Below, piece by piece: positions 1 through 11,923 of a stretch of DNA of 64,000 nucleotides (within the stretch, counting starts at the first letter, position 1; every line of letters starts with the position of its first letter). Source of the DNA: Cyanophora paradoxa CCMP329 (Eukaryota > Plantae > Glaucophyta); the NCBI GenBank assembly GCA_004431415.1, contig QPMI01000453.1, positions 598,330 through 662,329 of the forward strand. Direction: 5' to 3'. Under the pieces are notes generated by a model. The model made no database searches. It was not told where the DNA came from and worked only from the letters and a program-made list of their open reading frames with translations. The position numbers and the translations under genes were made by a program.

Positions 1-969
1 TAATCGTGTTGCCGCGCATGGAGGCGTTCATGTTGAGGTGGCCGTGCAGCTCCCAGGATCCGCCAGGGCCGAGCAGCTGGAAGTGGCTGACCGGCGGGTG
101 GTGCGACGTCTGCTCGCAGAAGAGGGTCGTTCCGTCGGACATGGTAGCCTGGAACGTCTCGCCTGCGCCGGGGCCGGGGGCTCGCCTCGAGGGCCGGCGC
201 CGAGGGGCACGGCGGCGCCGGGCGCACCGAGAATGGGGTTGAACGGCTTGCGGTTGGTGCCGATCTCCTTGTGGAAGCCGGCGACGGAGAACGCGACGAC
301 GTACTTCAAACGCTCGATGGGGTCCTTCGTGCTCTCTGTAGGGGACGCGAGGTCAAGGCCAGCGGCGCGAAGCGCTAGCGTGCGAGCTTCGTGCGCGAAT
401 GACTGAGCAAGCGCCGAGAGGGCAGAAGGATACGTGCAGCCTTGGTGAGGAGAGGCGTGTAGAGCCAGAACTCGGCCATGCGGTCGAGGAAGGAGCGAGG
501 CTCGAAGAAGCGGACAGGCAGCGAGACACTAGAGATCTGCCCGCCGTGGAGCAGGTTCGAGGGCAGGCTCTTGAGGAAGTCCCATCCGATTCTGGCGCGA
601 ACCTTTCCGCGTGAACGCGGGGCGCTCCCGCCAGGCAGGGCTTACGCACTTTCGCTGCTCAACGATCTCGGCGGCATTCGCGTATATGAGCCCGCTATTG
701 CGACGTGAGCGTCAGCGGACGGCGCGAGCCCGGGAGGAGAGCGCCGCGGCTTGCCCGTTTGCGGCGCGACGGTCGTCCACCGAATCCACCTCCTCCAACG
801 GGAAGCCCGCAACCTGGACGTCCGGGGTCTTCGAGGGACCGGCCATTCCCGAGGGGCCCCCGCCTGAGCCGATGATCTTCGCTATTTCCTCCTCCGCAAG
901 GCGTTGAACATCGCTGAGCTCATCTTCCGCAGGTACGATTGCTATCGGAGGCCCGGCTTTGTCCGCCAT
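1..969 (-). CDS. Oxysterol-binding protein (OSBP/ORP) family, multi-exon, runs off the window start
   Basis: Spliced minus-strand exons give MADKAGPP..., SVSLPVRFFEPRSFLDRM, ERLKYVVAFSVAG...RKPFNPILG|ETFQ and CEQTSHHPPVSHF, i.e. the OSBP KPFNPxLGETF and EQxSHHPP signatures. Confidence 0.9.
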
Positions 970-1203
970 GGCCCCTGTAGGCTGCAAGAAGCTCGCGGAT
1001 GGCTTTGGCCGACTTCTTCCCCCCTCCACCCGGGTACAGGTTTACGGGAAAGGCGGGAGGCCGGCGCCGCAAGCGCGCGCCGTCCTTAAGCTTGTCGTTC
1101 CTCTCTGCCCGGAGGAGCTCTTCGCAAGCTCCAAGTGCCGGGAGGCGGTCCGCGGCAGCAGCGGCCTACAAGCGCGTTGCAAGCCGACGGCAGCTGTCCG
1201 GAG

Positions 1204-1897
1204 ATGGAGGCGATACCGCGAGCTCGCTCTTTTGGCGCCATCGGGTCCCTGCATGGCAGTAAGCCCGAAGATGTTCTGCGCCAGGAGGAGGCCCGCAAGA
1301 AGGCCTACGCGCAGGAGCTAGGTCCGTCCTCCCGCCACTATCCTTCTCTCAGCCCGATGAGCTAGCCGCGAATGTCCGACCACCGCGCCGCGCCGCCTCC
1401 TGACGCGCCATTCCAGAGCGCCAGATCCAGGAGCGCAACGCGCGTAACCGGATGGAGAAGGAGATTGCCCGCGGCGGCAGGGACTCGTCCCCTTTCCCGC
1501 AGGCGTCCGAGCCCTACACGACGCCCAAGGGCCGGCCGTCCGCCCCGTGCGCACCCCGGAGCTCTCGCCGTGCTCTGCCCGAGCGACGCCGCGCTGACGC
1601 CTCCGCTCCGCTCGGACCGCAGGGAGCTCTACGGGGCGTACGACGCGTACGCGCCGCCGCCGCCGCGCGCCCCCTCGCAGCCCGAGGCGGGGGACCGCGG
1701 CGGCTACGGCGCGGGGCCCTCCAGCTCCTACTTCACATCGCAGCACGGCGGGCCGTCGCTGTGGCCCGCCGGCCCGGGCCCAGTCTCGCCCACCGGGGCC
1801 GCTTACGGCTCCGGGGCCGCGGCGGGGCCCAGCCCGAGCCCGCCATCCGGCCCCCCCGGGAACGCCGGCGGGTCGTGGGGCGCGTCGCCGCCGTACC

Positions 1898-1929
<32 letters not shown>

Positions 1930-3225
1930 TCGCCGTACCCTTCCGAACGGAGCCCGCCGGGGCCGCCCCCCGGGATGAGCCCCGGGCCGTACAGCGCCTA
2001 CGGGTCGGGGACGCCGTCCCCCGGGGGGGACAGCCGCTTCACGCGGTTCAAGGCGGAGCAGATGGACCCGGCGGCGCAGGTGGACAAGATGCGCAAGGCG
2101 GCTCAGCAGCGGGAGATGCAGGAGGCCCTGCAGCGCCAGATCGAGGAGAAGAAGCGGCGGACGGAGGAGGAGAAGCGCGAGCGCGCGCGGCGCGAGGCCG
2201 AGGAGGAGGCGAGGCTCCAGAGGCAGCAGGAAGAGCTCCGGGCCGCCCCCGGCGAGGGCGGAGACGCCGGCAAGCGGCGCGGGAAGGCCGCGGGCGCGAT
2301 GAACCCGGGCCCGGGGCCGGCTGGGACGCTCGCCGGCATCGGGAAGCCTGTGCCGCCTGGGGCGCCAGGCAGCACTTACAGCTCCGCCCCGCCCGCCGTC
2401 GGGGTACGCCAGGAGGAGGCAGGGCGCCCCCGCTGGCCCCCCCCGCCCCTCGAGGACCCCTCGGGCCCCGGGCCCGCTGCGCCCCTACCCCCCTCCCGCA
2501 TCCCCCGCGCGTCCAGGTCCCGTCCCGACTCGGTGCGCTCCCGTACCCCCCTCGCTTCGGCCGAGCGCTGAGCTTTCGCCGCAGCGGTCGCCGAGCCCGC
2601 CGCGCGACAGCGGCTACGGGTACGGCACGGGCGCCTACGGCAACGGCAACGGGGGCAGCTTCGGCGCAAGCTACGGCACGGAGCGGGGCGGCGGGGGCGG
2701 AGGGGGCGGGGGAGCGAACGGGGCGGGGTACGTCGACGCCCTTAGGGAGGCGGCCCTCTCTGAGATGAAGGACGTCATCCGGGTACGACAATTCCTAATT
2801 CCGCCCCCGCCCCCGCCTCCTACTCGCTCACGCCGATGTGCGCGCAGGAGCTGAGGGAGGAGAGGCAGGCGCTTAAGGCCCAGATCGGCGAGCAGGGCAC
2901 CGCGGCGGAGCGATTCCGCGCCGAGCGCGACGCGGCGCAGCGGGAGCGAGACGCGGCGAACGGCGAGCTGACCCGGGCCCGAAACAGTGCGCCCCGGAGC
3001 CTCTTCCTCTCTTTCTATCTTCCGACCCGCTTTTCTTTTTCGCCGCAGCGATCGCGGACCTGGAGCGGGCCCTGGCCGAGCGGGAGCGGGAGGTAGAGAT
3101 ACTTCGTAGGCAGCAGCGGGAGGCCGGCCCGCCCCCGGGGGTACCCATGGAGCGGCAGATCCCGGGCCCCGCCGGCGCCGGCCCCGCCTCCCCCGGCGGG
3201 CCCCTCTCGCTTTCCCCGGCCCCCT

Positions 3226-3256
<31 letters not shown>

Positions 3257-6069
3257 CGCGCGGGCCGCCGCCGCCCGCGGTGGACCCGGCGCCTCGCCCT
3301 CGCCGGCGGCTCGCCTCGGGGCCGGGGCCGGTGCCGGCGCGGCGGCCGCCGGGGGCGTGGCGGCGAGCCAGGAGCTCGTCCGGGCCTCCCTCGCGTCGGA
3401 CAGCAAGCTCATCTTCCCGGACGGGCGCATCCAGACCCTCAAGAAGGGCCAGGGCTTGGCCGGGGCCGGGGCCGGCCCCGCGCAGCAGCAGCAGCTCGAG
3501 AGCTCGCTCCTCCGCATCGGGCGCCCCTCCTCCGACGCAGCCGCTGCCGGGCGGCCCTCGACCCCTTCCGACCCGTTCTCAGTAGGGCAGGGCCAGGGGG
3601 CGGGCGCGCCCCCGTCGACCCCTGGGGCCCGCATGCTCGCCGCGTTCGCGGGGGAGAGCCGCCCCCTCTCGGCCGCCCTCCCCTCCTGGACAACCCGAGT
3701 GGACGTCGGCGTCTCCCGCATCCCTACCCCCGGCGCAATGCCCCCCCCGCCCCCGGCCTCCTCGTCCAGATCGGCCCCCGCCTCCCCCGCCGGCCGGGCC
3801 TTCGAGCTACCCCCCTACGACCCCTCCCGCCCGCCCTCCGCGCCCCTCCCCTCCCACTCCGACGTCCTGCCGTACCCCCGCGCCCCCGCCGCCGACGCCC
3901 GGCCCCCGACGGGGTACGCCCCCCCTCTCTCTCTCTCTACCCCCCCCCCTTCTGAATCTTTCTCGCGCAGGGCCGGCGTGGGCCTCGCCTCGATCCCGGA
4001 GGGCGGAAGCGCGCACGGGAACGCCGACGCCGACTCCGACCCGCTGCTGGAGGACACGGGCGGCCAGCGGCTCTCGGCGATCCTCCGGTCCATCGAGCGG
4101 CGCATGAAGGCGCCCCTCGAGGTCGAGCTCCCGCCTGGACCTAGGGCCGCCAACGACGACGACGCCGAACTCCGGTCGCTCCGCGCCTCTTTGGACGCGT
4201 CGCTGGCGGCCGCTGCGGCCGCCACCAACGCCCTCGCGCTCGCCTCGTCGCCCCTCGCCGCCGCCGCCCCGCCCTCCCCGGCCCACCGCGGCCCTCCCAT
4301 CTCCGTCTCTCCCTCCTCCGCCCGCGCCGGCTCGGCCGCGGCGCCCGCGCGGGCAGCGACGGCGGCGTCCCCGCACGGCGCGGCGGCGGGCCCGGCGGCG
4401 CGCTCGCCCCACGGCGGAGGTGGAGGCGGAGGAGGCCCATCGTTCTTCCTGCAGCCGGGCGAGTCGGCGGCGCAGACGATGGAAGCCATCCGCGCCCGCA
4501 CGCCCGAGCCGCGCCCCGCCTGGGGCGCATCTTCCCCCTCCGCAGCAGCAGCCGCCGCCGCCGCGGCCCCCGCCGTCCGCGCCAGCGGACACTCGGACTG
4601 GGGCGAGGCCGAGGAGCTGGACCCTGTACCCCACGGCGACGGGGACATGCCCGGCCGGCCCGCCACGGGCGGCGCCGCCTCTTCACGGCCCCTCACCCGC
4701 GCCGGGAGCCGCCCGGGTACGGCCGAGGACCGGCCCTACACGCCCTTCTCGGTCGAGGGGGAGGGAATGGACGAGGCCGGGGGTACCGGCGGCTCCCCCT
4801 CGGGGTACCGGGGTCGCGCGGAGTGCGCCGAGCGCCCTTCGAGCGCCTCCCGCGCGTCTCTGTACGCCGAGGACCCGGCGCTGAGGCCCCTGACCGCCGC
4901 CTCGGCCGCCTCCTCTTCTTCGCTATGGCGGGACACGGCCCCGCGCCACGCCTCCGTCGGCGCTCCGGCCTCGTCCACAGTGGGCGGCGGAGGCGGCGCC
5001 GGCGCCGCCGCCGCGACCGCGACCGCGACGAGCCTCTGGGGCAGCGGGCCCCTCGCGGCGCCCACGCTCTCCTCCGTCGGCCTCGGCGCCCCCTCCTCCT
5101 CCTCGGTGCCTTCCTTCCCTGCCTTCTTAACGAACGAACGAACAATCAAACAAACAACTAAACAAAGCCTTCATAGCCTTCTTAACACCTTCCTATCTTC
5201 CTTCTTCCTTCCTAGCTTGTCCTGACCGCGCCCGCTTCGCACTCGTGCAGAGCTCGGGACGGCGCCCGGCGCCCCGCGGGAGCGAGGGCATCGCGCAGGC
5301 GCTCGGCGGCCGCGGCCCTTCCTCTTCTTCCTCGGGCTACGGCGGCGTCGTCGGGGAGGGATCGGCCCCGGCGCGCCGCCCGCGCGGGTCGTCGTCGCCC
5401 CCGCGCCAGTCCGCCTCCCGCGGGCGCTCCCGCGGCGACGTCGATGCCGCCCCTTCTTCCTCTTCCTACCTCGCCCCGCCCTCCTCCTCCTCGTCCTCCT
5501 CCCGCCCCCGCGCCGTCTCTCCGACGCCGCAGGCACCCTCCTCCTCCTCGCGCGGCGGGCGCCCCTCCGCCGCTGCGCGCGAAGCCCCCGTCTCGCCGCC
5601 GGGCCCGGGTACCCCTCTCCGCCCCACCTCTGCCTCCGACGTCCTCGCCGCCGCCGCCCGCGCCGCTGGCGGCGCCGCCTCCTCGTCCCGATCGCTGTAC
5701 CCCCCGCGGTCCCCGGAGAGCCGGCCGTGGTCGGGCGGGGACCGCCCGGCGCCGCGGCGCCTGGACAACAGCGACCTGCTCGCCAAGTACGACGAGGTCC
5801 AGAGCGCCCTCGCCCGCGCCGCCGCGGCCCGCGCCGAGGCCGCCACGTCCCGCCCCACGACCGCCGCCTCGGACAGCGGGCGGCCCAAGACCGCCCGCGG
5901 GCGTACCCCCGAGGGCGCCAGGCCCTCCCTAGGCCTGGGTGGGGACGAGACCCCGGGCCAGGGCCAGCGGGTGGTGCTTAGCGCCCGCGCGGGGCCCAGG
6001 CCCTCCGGGGGCGCCACCCGTGTGGACGACGTCCTCGCCTTTGTGGGGCCGCGCATCGCCGCGCCCTGA
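1204..6069 (+). CDS. Large low-complexity coiled-coil protein, CCDC66/CSPP1-like (centrosome/cilium), multi-exon
   Basis: MEAIPRARSFG...RKKAYAQEL followed by QQREMQEALQRQIEEKKRRTEEEKRERARREAEEEARLQRQQEEL resembles the CCDC66-domain coiled coil. The rest is Pro/Ser/Ala-rich, and exon boundaries are approximate. Confidence 0.55.
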
Positions 6070-6541
6070 ACGCTTTCATCATTTCTTAGCTAGATATAGC
6101 TTAGCTAAGCTATTGTTGGTCTCTCTGTTTCTTAGGTAGCGAGCTTAGCTTACAGCTTGGCTATTGGTCTCTGCGCCAGGCCTCACTGGGACGCCCCAGC
6201 GTCGAGCGACCGCGCTCCTAGCGCCCCCGCCGGCCTCGGAATCGATACCAGTACTAGTTTTCTGTCCTGTTTGTTCAATCGAAAGATCTAGAACGCACCA
6301 CTCAGCTGCAGGTCCGACACGACGGATGCACAGAACCATGGCCACACACGAATCAGATCTAGATCTAGATCTAGAGGTCTAGCTATAGGTACGTAGAGTG
6401 AAAAGAATTCTGCCAATGATGAAAATAAACTGTGAACTGCACACTACTGTAGAGCTAACTTAGTAGTAAGGGAATGATATGGTTTCAGTCGAGAAGAAGA
6501 AAAAGGCTGAATAGGGGAAGGGCCGGCGTAACAAGTCATAC

Positions 6542-8531
6542 TCACTGCCACGAAGCGAAGAGGGGGCCGAGGCTTCAGGCGGGCGGGGCGGCGGGGGCCT
6601 GGCGGAGGCCGGGGGGGGCCAAGAGGACCGCCCCGTAGCTGCGGAGGAGGTGCCGGAGGGGCGGGGGTACGGCGAAGGCTGCGGGGCGGGCCTCCGGGGC
6701 GGGTACGAGGAACGGCCCGGGGTACGCGGGGGCGGCCGAGAGCTCGTGGGCGGCGGTGCAGGCGCGGAGGCGGGCGGCGGCGAGCTCGTCCGCGTCTGCC
6801 AGAAGCGCGGCGCGGCGCTCCCGCAGCGCCGCCAGCGCCGCCGCCTCCGCCTCGTCAAAGAACGCGTTCACGTCCGCCGCGCACTCGGCGCGCTGCCGCT
6901 CGATCGCGGCGCGCGCGGCCGAAAGCGAGGGCGACGAGGCCTGGGCCCCCCCGCCGCCCGCCGGCCGCGCCTCGGACAGCTCGAAGCCAGCTGAGGCGGC
7001 CGTCGCCTGCAGCGACTCCAGGGGTACGCTGCTCGCGTCCCGCCTCAGCTGAGCAAGGAGCGCCTCGAGCTGCGCGGCGGCCCCGCGGCCCGCCCAGTGC
7101 CTCTCCTCGCGCGGAATGAAGGGCCGGCAGCGCGCCGCGCCGTCCAGGGCGACGTAGGGCCAGCTGCAGGGCGGGCGGGGCCGCCGGGGCCGGCGGGGCA
7201 GCGACGGCGGCGAGGGGCGCGCCCCCCGGGGCGTGGCGAGGGAGGTGGAGGAGGGCGAGGCGGGCGAAAGGCACTCGCCCTGCCCTCGGAGACCGGCGGG
7301 GGCGAGCTGGCGTCGGACGGGGCGAGTGAGGGCGGCCCGCCGCCGTGCGCGCCGTCTTCCGAAGGAGGAGGGGACCGCGGGGCAGGCCGCGGCCGTTTCG
7401 CCTTGGGCGCCTCGCCCTCGAGCGGGGCCGTCGGCGGGCGCCGCTGGGCCTGGGACGACGGAGGAGGGGGGGCGGGGGCGCTGGCCGAGGCGGGCGGGAA
7501 AGGAAGGACGACAGGGGCGGCAGGGGAGGCGAGGGCTGCGGCGGCCGGCCGGGGCGCCGTGACGCGAACAACATGGGAGCCGTCGACGGGTACGCCACTG
7601 CGACGGCGGCCCGCGGCCGGCCCACCACCGCCACCGCCGCCGCCGACGCCGCCGCTGCAGCCGCCGCCGCCCGAGGCGTCACGGGCTGGGCCGAGACCGC
7701 AACGACCGCCGGCCGCGCGACGACGGTAACGGGCACGGGGGCCGTGCTGCCGGGACGCGGGGCTCTCCTCTGCACCGCCGACACGACGGGCCGCGCAGCC
7801 TTCTCCACCCTCTCCTCCTCTCCCTCGCTCTTCACATCGTGCGCGGCCCGTCGCTCGACGGCCGCCGGAGCTTCCCGCGCCGGCCGCGCCTCGGCGGGGC
7901 GTGGCGGTTCCTGTGGCAGCTGCGGCTGCGGCGGCGGCTGCGGCGGTGCGTGCTGCGCGCTGCCGTCTCGCAGCGCTGCGTCCGCCTCCGCAACTGCGAC
8001 GGCGAACTTCCGCGCGAGCGACTTGGAGCTGATCTTCTGATTCCGGAGCTCCGGGTGGTCCTCAAAGTTCTTCACCTTCGCCGCGTATCCTGCGGCGCAA
8101 GCGGACCGTCAGCAGCGCTTCGAGGCACGTGAATGACTCTGCGCGGGGCCGCGATGGCGCCTGGTGCGGCGGGGGGCACGCATGCGGACCGTAGATCGAC
8201 GACTCTTGCTCCCCGCAATAGGCAACCACCACGCGCCCCTCCTTCCCAGCTTTCAGCGTGCCTGAAGCCTGCAGCTGTGCCACCAGCGCCGGTGCGCACA
8301 GTACGGCCGGCCAGAAGGGCCTGCACGGGCGGGTCAGATCGGCGCGTTCCCGCGCATTCCGCGCCACCCCCGTTTTGGAGGGCGTGAGCGGAGCGCATGT
8401 CATACGCACCAAGCGCCGCTGTCATCGAGCGCCCTGCGCTGCGCGTTAGCCAGGCGACCGAGGGCGCTGCCGGCAGCGTCGGAGCCCGCCGCTCACCAAA
8501 CCAGGCGAATCCCCTCGTCCGCTATCTCCAT
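6542..8531 (-). CDS. PWWP-domain chromatin reader protein, multi-exon (3' end approximate)
   Basis: Splicing GT-AG introns gives MEIADEGIRLVWALDDSGAWPFWPAVLC...GRVVVAYCGEQESSIYGYAAKVKNFEDHP...KFAVAVAEA. This matches the PWWP pattern LVWA-x-P(W/F)WPA...V-x-(F/Y)-x-G...LKxF...FxxAVxEA. Confidence 0.65.
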
Positions 8532-8967
8532 GCCCCCCGGAGGGCTCTTACTTCGCGCTCTAGCTATCTCCGCATGCCTTCCGCTCGCAACGCTCTCGCT
8601 ACGTCGAAGTCTTGGTCGACGTCGCGTGTATACGTATCCCCCTCGACTCGGCGAGCTCAGAACTCGGGAGAACGCTCAGCCGGCGCCAGCGCCGCCGGCG
8701 GCCGGCGCTAGCGCTGTATACGCCTGCAAGCCTGCAAGCCTGCGCTGCATGTATACACCGGCGCTAGCGCGAGCGCTGCAAGCCTGCAACTGTACATGTG
8801 TGCACGTGGCTCGATCATGATCTAAGCGCCGCGCTCTGCACTCGATGACGCTCGTATGATATTCTCTGCAGGCAACAGCACACACGCACAGCCTGCACGT
8901 TAACGCTCTCAGCTGCAGGCCAGAGGCCTATAGGCCTAGGCCTAGGCTGGACAGGCGCCGGCGCCTC

Positions 8968-11923
8968 TCAGTCTGCAGCTGGCTCCGCGGGGCTGCCGGC
9001 GGGGATGCGGGCCGGGAACGCCAGCACGGTGCGGTAGCGGGCGCCCCGCTCCTCGAGCTTCTCCACCGCGCGCGCCGCCTGCCCGAACGGCAGGACCTCC
9101 ACCTGTCCGATCCCGGATCAAATTCGGATCGAATTCGAATCCGCGGAGGACCAGCTAGTGCTAGTATACTCGCATGGGGCCTAGCCCCCCCCTAGTACTC
9201 GCCTGCAGCGAATTCAAACCCTATAGCAAGGCCTCGGATCCCGGATCAAATTTGAATCCGCGAACTGGAAATTGAAGGAGAAACCCGCGCGCCTGGGGCC
9301 GGACGCCGTGCATGGCCGCGAAGCCCAGCATGTCGCGCATGGCAGCGGCGCGACAGCGAATTCAAACCCTATATACAGCTAGGCCTCGGATATATATTGG
9401 TCCCAGATCAAATTTGGATCAAATTTAATTCGGATCGAATTCGAATCTAGTACGCGCCTGGGGCCGGACGCCGTGCATGGCGGCGAATTCCAGCATGTCG
9501 CGCATGGCCCGCCGCCCGCCGATGACCGAGCCGACCACGGAGCGCTGGCGCAGGCTCAAGTCCCCCAGCCCCACCTTCGAAATGATGAGTTTGTTTGAGC
9601 GTAAGCTTAATTATAAGCTTAATTCAATAGCGTTCGTTTTGAGCTTTAATTTAAGCTTGAGCTGAAGGACCTTGAGCTCGGATTCGAATTCAAATTAAAG
9701 GACCTTGAGCTCGGGCGCGGCGTTCCCGACGATGCAGAGCGTGCCGAAGGGCCGGAGGAGCCGCAGCAGGCCCGCCCAGTTGCCCTCCGCCGGCGTCGTG
9801 TCCAGCAGGAAATCGAAGGGCGCGGCCCCCCCGTACTGCTCGAGAATCAGTTGCCTTCAGATCGAATTACACGATTAGAAGTACTAGTGATCGAGGGCCG
9901 GGTGGATTAGCTATAAATCGCCTGGAGTTATTCTAGCTTCTAAACTTCGAGCGGGAAATCGAAGGGGGCCGCCCCCCCGTCCTGCTCGAGAATAATCAGA
10001 TCCTCGAGATCGAGCTCGGCCCGGCGGCGACGTCGACGCGCGCCCGGCGGCCTTCAGATTAAATAAGAAGAAGGTAGCTCGGGCGGGCGGGGCCCTTCTA
10101 GGACTCGAAGGCGGGCGGGGTCCTTAAGCTTCTATTAAAGGATACAGTAAAATGACTCGGGACTCGGGCGGGCGGGGTTGTTCTATATTAAAGAATATAT
10201 ACAGTGAAATGATCATGGGATTTAAGAGCCTAGGCCCCAGAAGGGGGCCTAGATCAAATCAGAGGAAGGAAGAGGGCGCGCCTGGGACTCGAGGCGGGCG
10301 GGGTCCTTCGGGTCGTAGACGCGGAAGTCGTGCGCCCCGAAGCTGCGCGCGGGCGCCGCTGTGAGCGGAGAAGTCTGCGGAGGGGAAGGCGGCTAGGTCT
10401 ACATCTAGGTACCTAGAAAGTCTAGAAAATTTTAAATCAAAGGAAAACCTAAGTGAAGGGAATTTGGCATAGGGCGGCGGGGCGGGGCACCGGCGGGCGT
10501 CCTCGGCCTTCCGGTCGCTCGTGGAGAGCACCGTCACCTGCCCCGGCCCGCGGCGCGCGGTCAAGCTCACGCCAATCTTAAGGGGCCAGCGCGGGCCGCT
10601 ACCGGAGATCTAGAACTAAAGACAAATCGGGGGGGGGGCGAGGGCGCGCCCTGCAGCCCATGGCGCGGGCGAACTGCACGGCGAGGTGGCCCAGTCCCCC
10701 CAGGCTCACGATCCCGACCTCCCCGCCCGCCCGCGCGTACCTGATCACGAGGACGAAGTTTTGAATTCGAATTTGAGTTTGTGTAACGTTATAATTAACG
10801 GAGGGATGGATCGAATTCGGACCGCTGGAGGGGCTGGAACACGGTTACGCCCGCTGCGATCGCGAGCGAGCGCGTCAGAGGTGAGAAGGGGATAGAGGGG
10901 GGGGGACGAGGGGGGGAGGGGGGGGGAGGGCCGCGGGTACCGCAGAGGAGGGGGGCCGCCTCCTCGCTCTTCATGGAGGGGGGTATCTTGAACGCGAGGC
11001 GCGCGGGGGCGCGCAGGTGCGACTGGAAGCCGCCCAGGTTCCCCCCCGTGATGAGGCCGGCGGGTCCGCCCGGCTGCTCGCAGACTTGCTCCTGCGCGCT
11101 CGGACGGTGGGTGCTAGCGCCTCGGCCAAGAAACAAGGGGACTCGGAAGTTTAATTTAAGCCTATGAGCTTCGAATATTCATGATCACCTCGCCGGCGAT
11201 GCAGGACTTGCAGGCGCCGCAGGAGTCGCGGAGCCAGCCGAAGCCCACGCGGTCGCCCACCTTGAGCCCCCTCGCCGCCTCCTCTCCGACCTGCGCCGGC
11301 GGCGTGGCTAACGTGGGATCGAATTCGAATTCAAATCGGGCGCGCCCGCGTGACGAGGCCGACGACTTCCTGCGCCGGCGCCGGCGCCGCGCGCGGGCGT
11401 CAACGTCAGATCTAGCCACGCGAGATTGAATCTCGCGCACGTGGCCGGGAATCAGCGGGTACTTCGTGTGTCCCCAGAAATTGTCGCGCATCCACAGGTC
11501 GCTGCGAAATAATTTTAGAGAATTTGGGGTCGAAGGTGCACGTGCATGCGCAAGCTTAAGCGCATGCGCGTCCGCGGCCGCTCGCCTGTGGCAGACGCCG
11601 CAGTGGGTGACTGCGCCAGAGGGAGTCAGCGAGAATCAACGCTCACGAGGCTTACAGCTAATCGGGCACCCTGGACTTCGATGTCGGAGATACCGAGCGG
11701 CGGCGGCGAGTACTCGTATGGGCTGCGCGCGTCAGTGAGCCGGCCGGCGCGCGTTTTAATCAGAGAGAACGCACGTCAATTTCCCGCCCTTCTCCAGGTA
11801 TGCAAAGCCGGTGATCGTCGCGTCATTCTGCTGCGGAAGCGGCTCTTCCGAGGCCGCCGCTGCGCCCGCCTTGGATGCACTGCCGGGCCGCTCGGGGCGC
11901 AGCACGTTGATCAGCTTTTCCAT
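8968..11923 (-). CDS. NAD(P)-dependent Zn alcohol dehydrogenase (cinnamyl-ADH/YahK-like), many exons
   Basis: Exons encode VTHCGVCH|SD, YPLIPGH|E, LKVGDRVGFGWLRDSCGACKSC, EEAAPLLC|AGVT, GLGHLAVQFARAMGC, FDFLLDT and RSVVGSVIGG...ARYRTVL. Confidence 0.9.
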
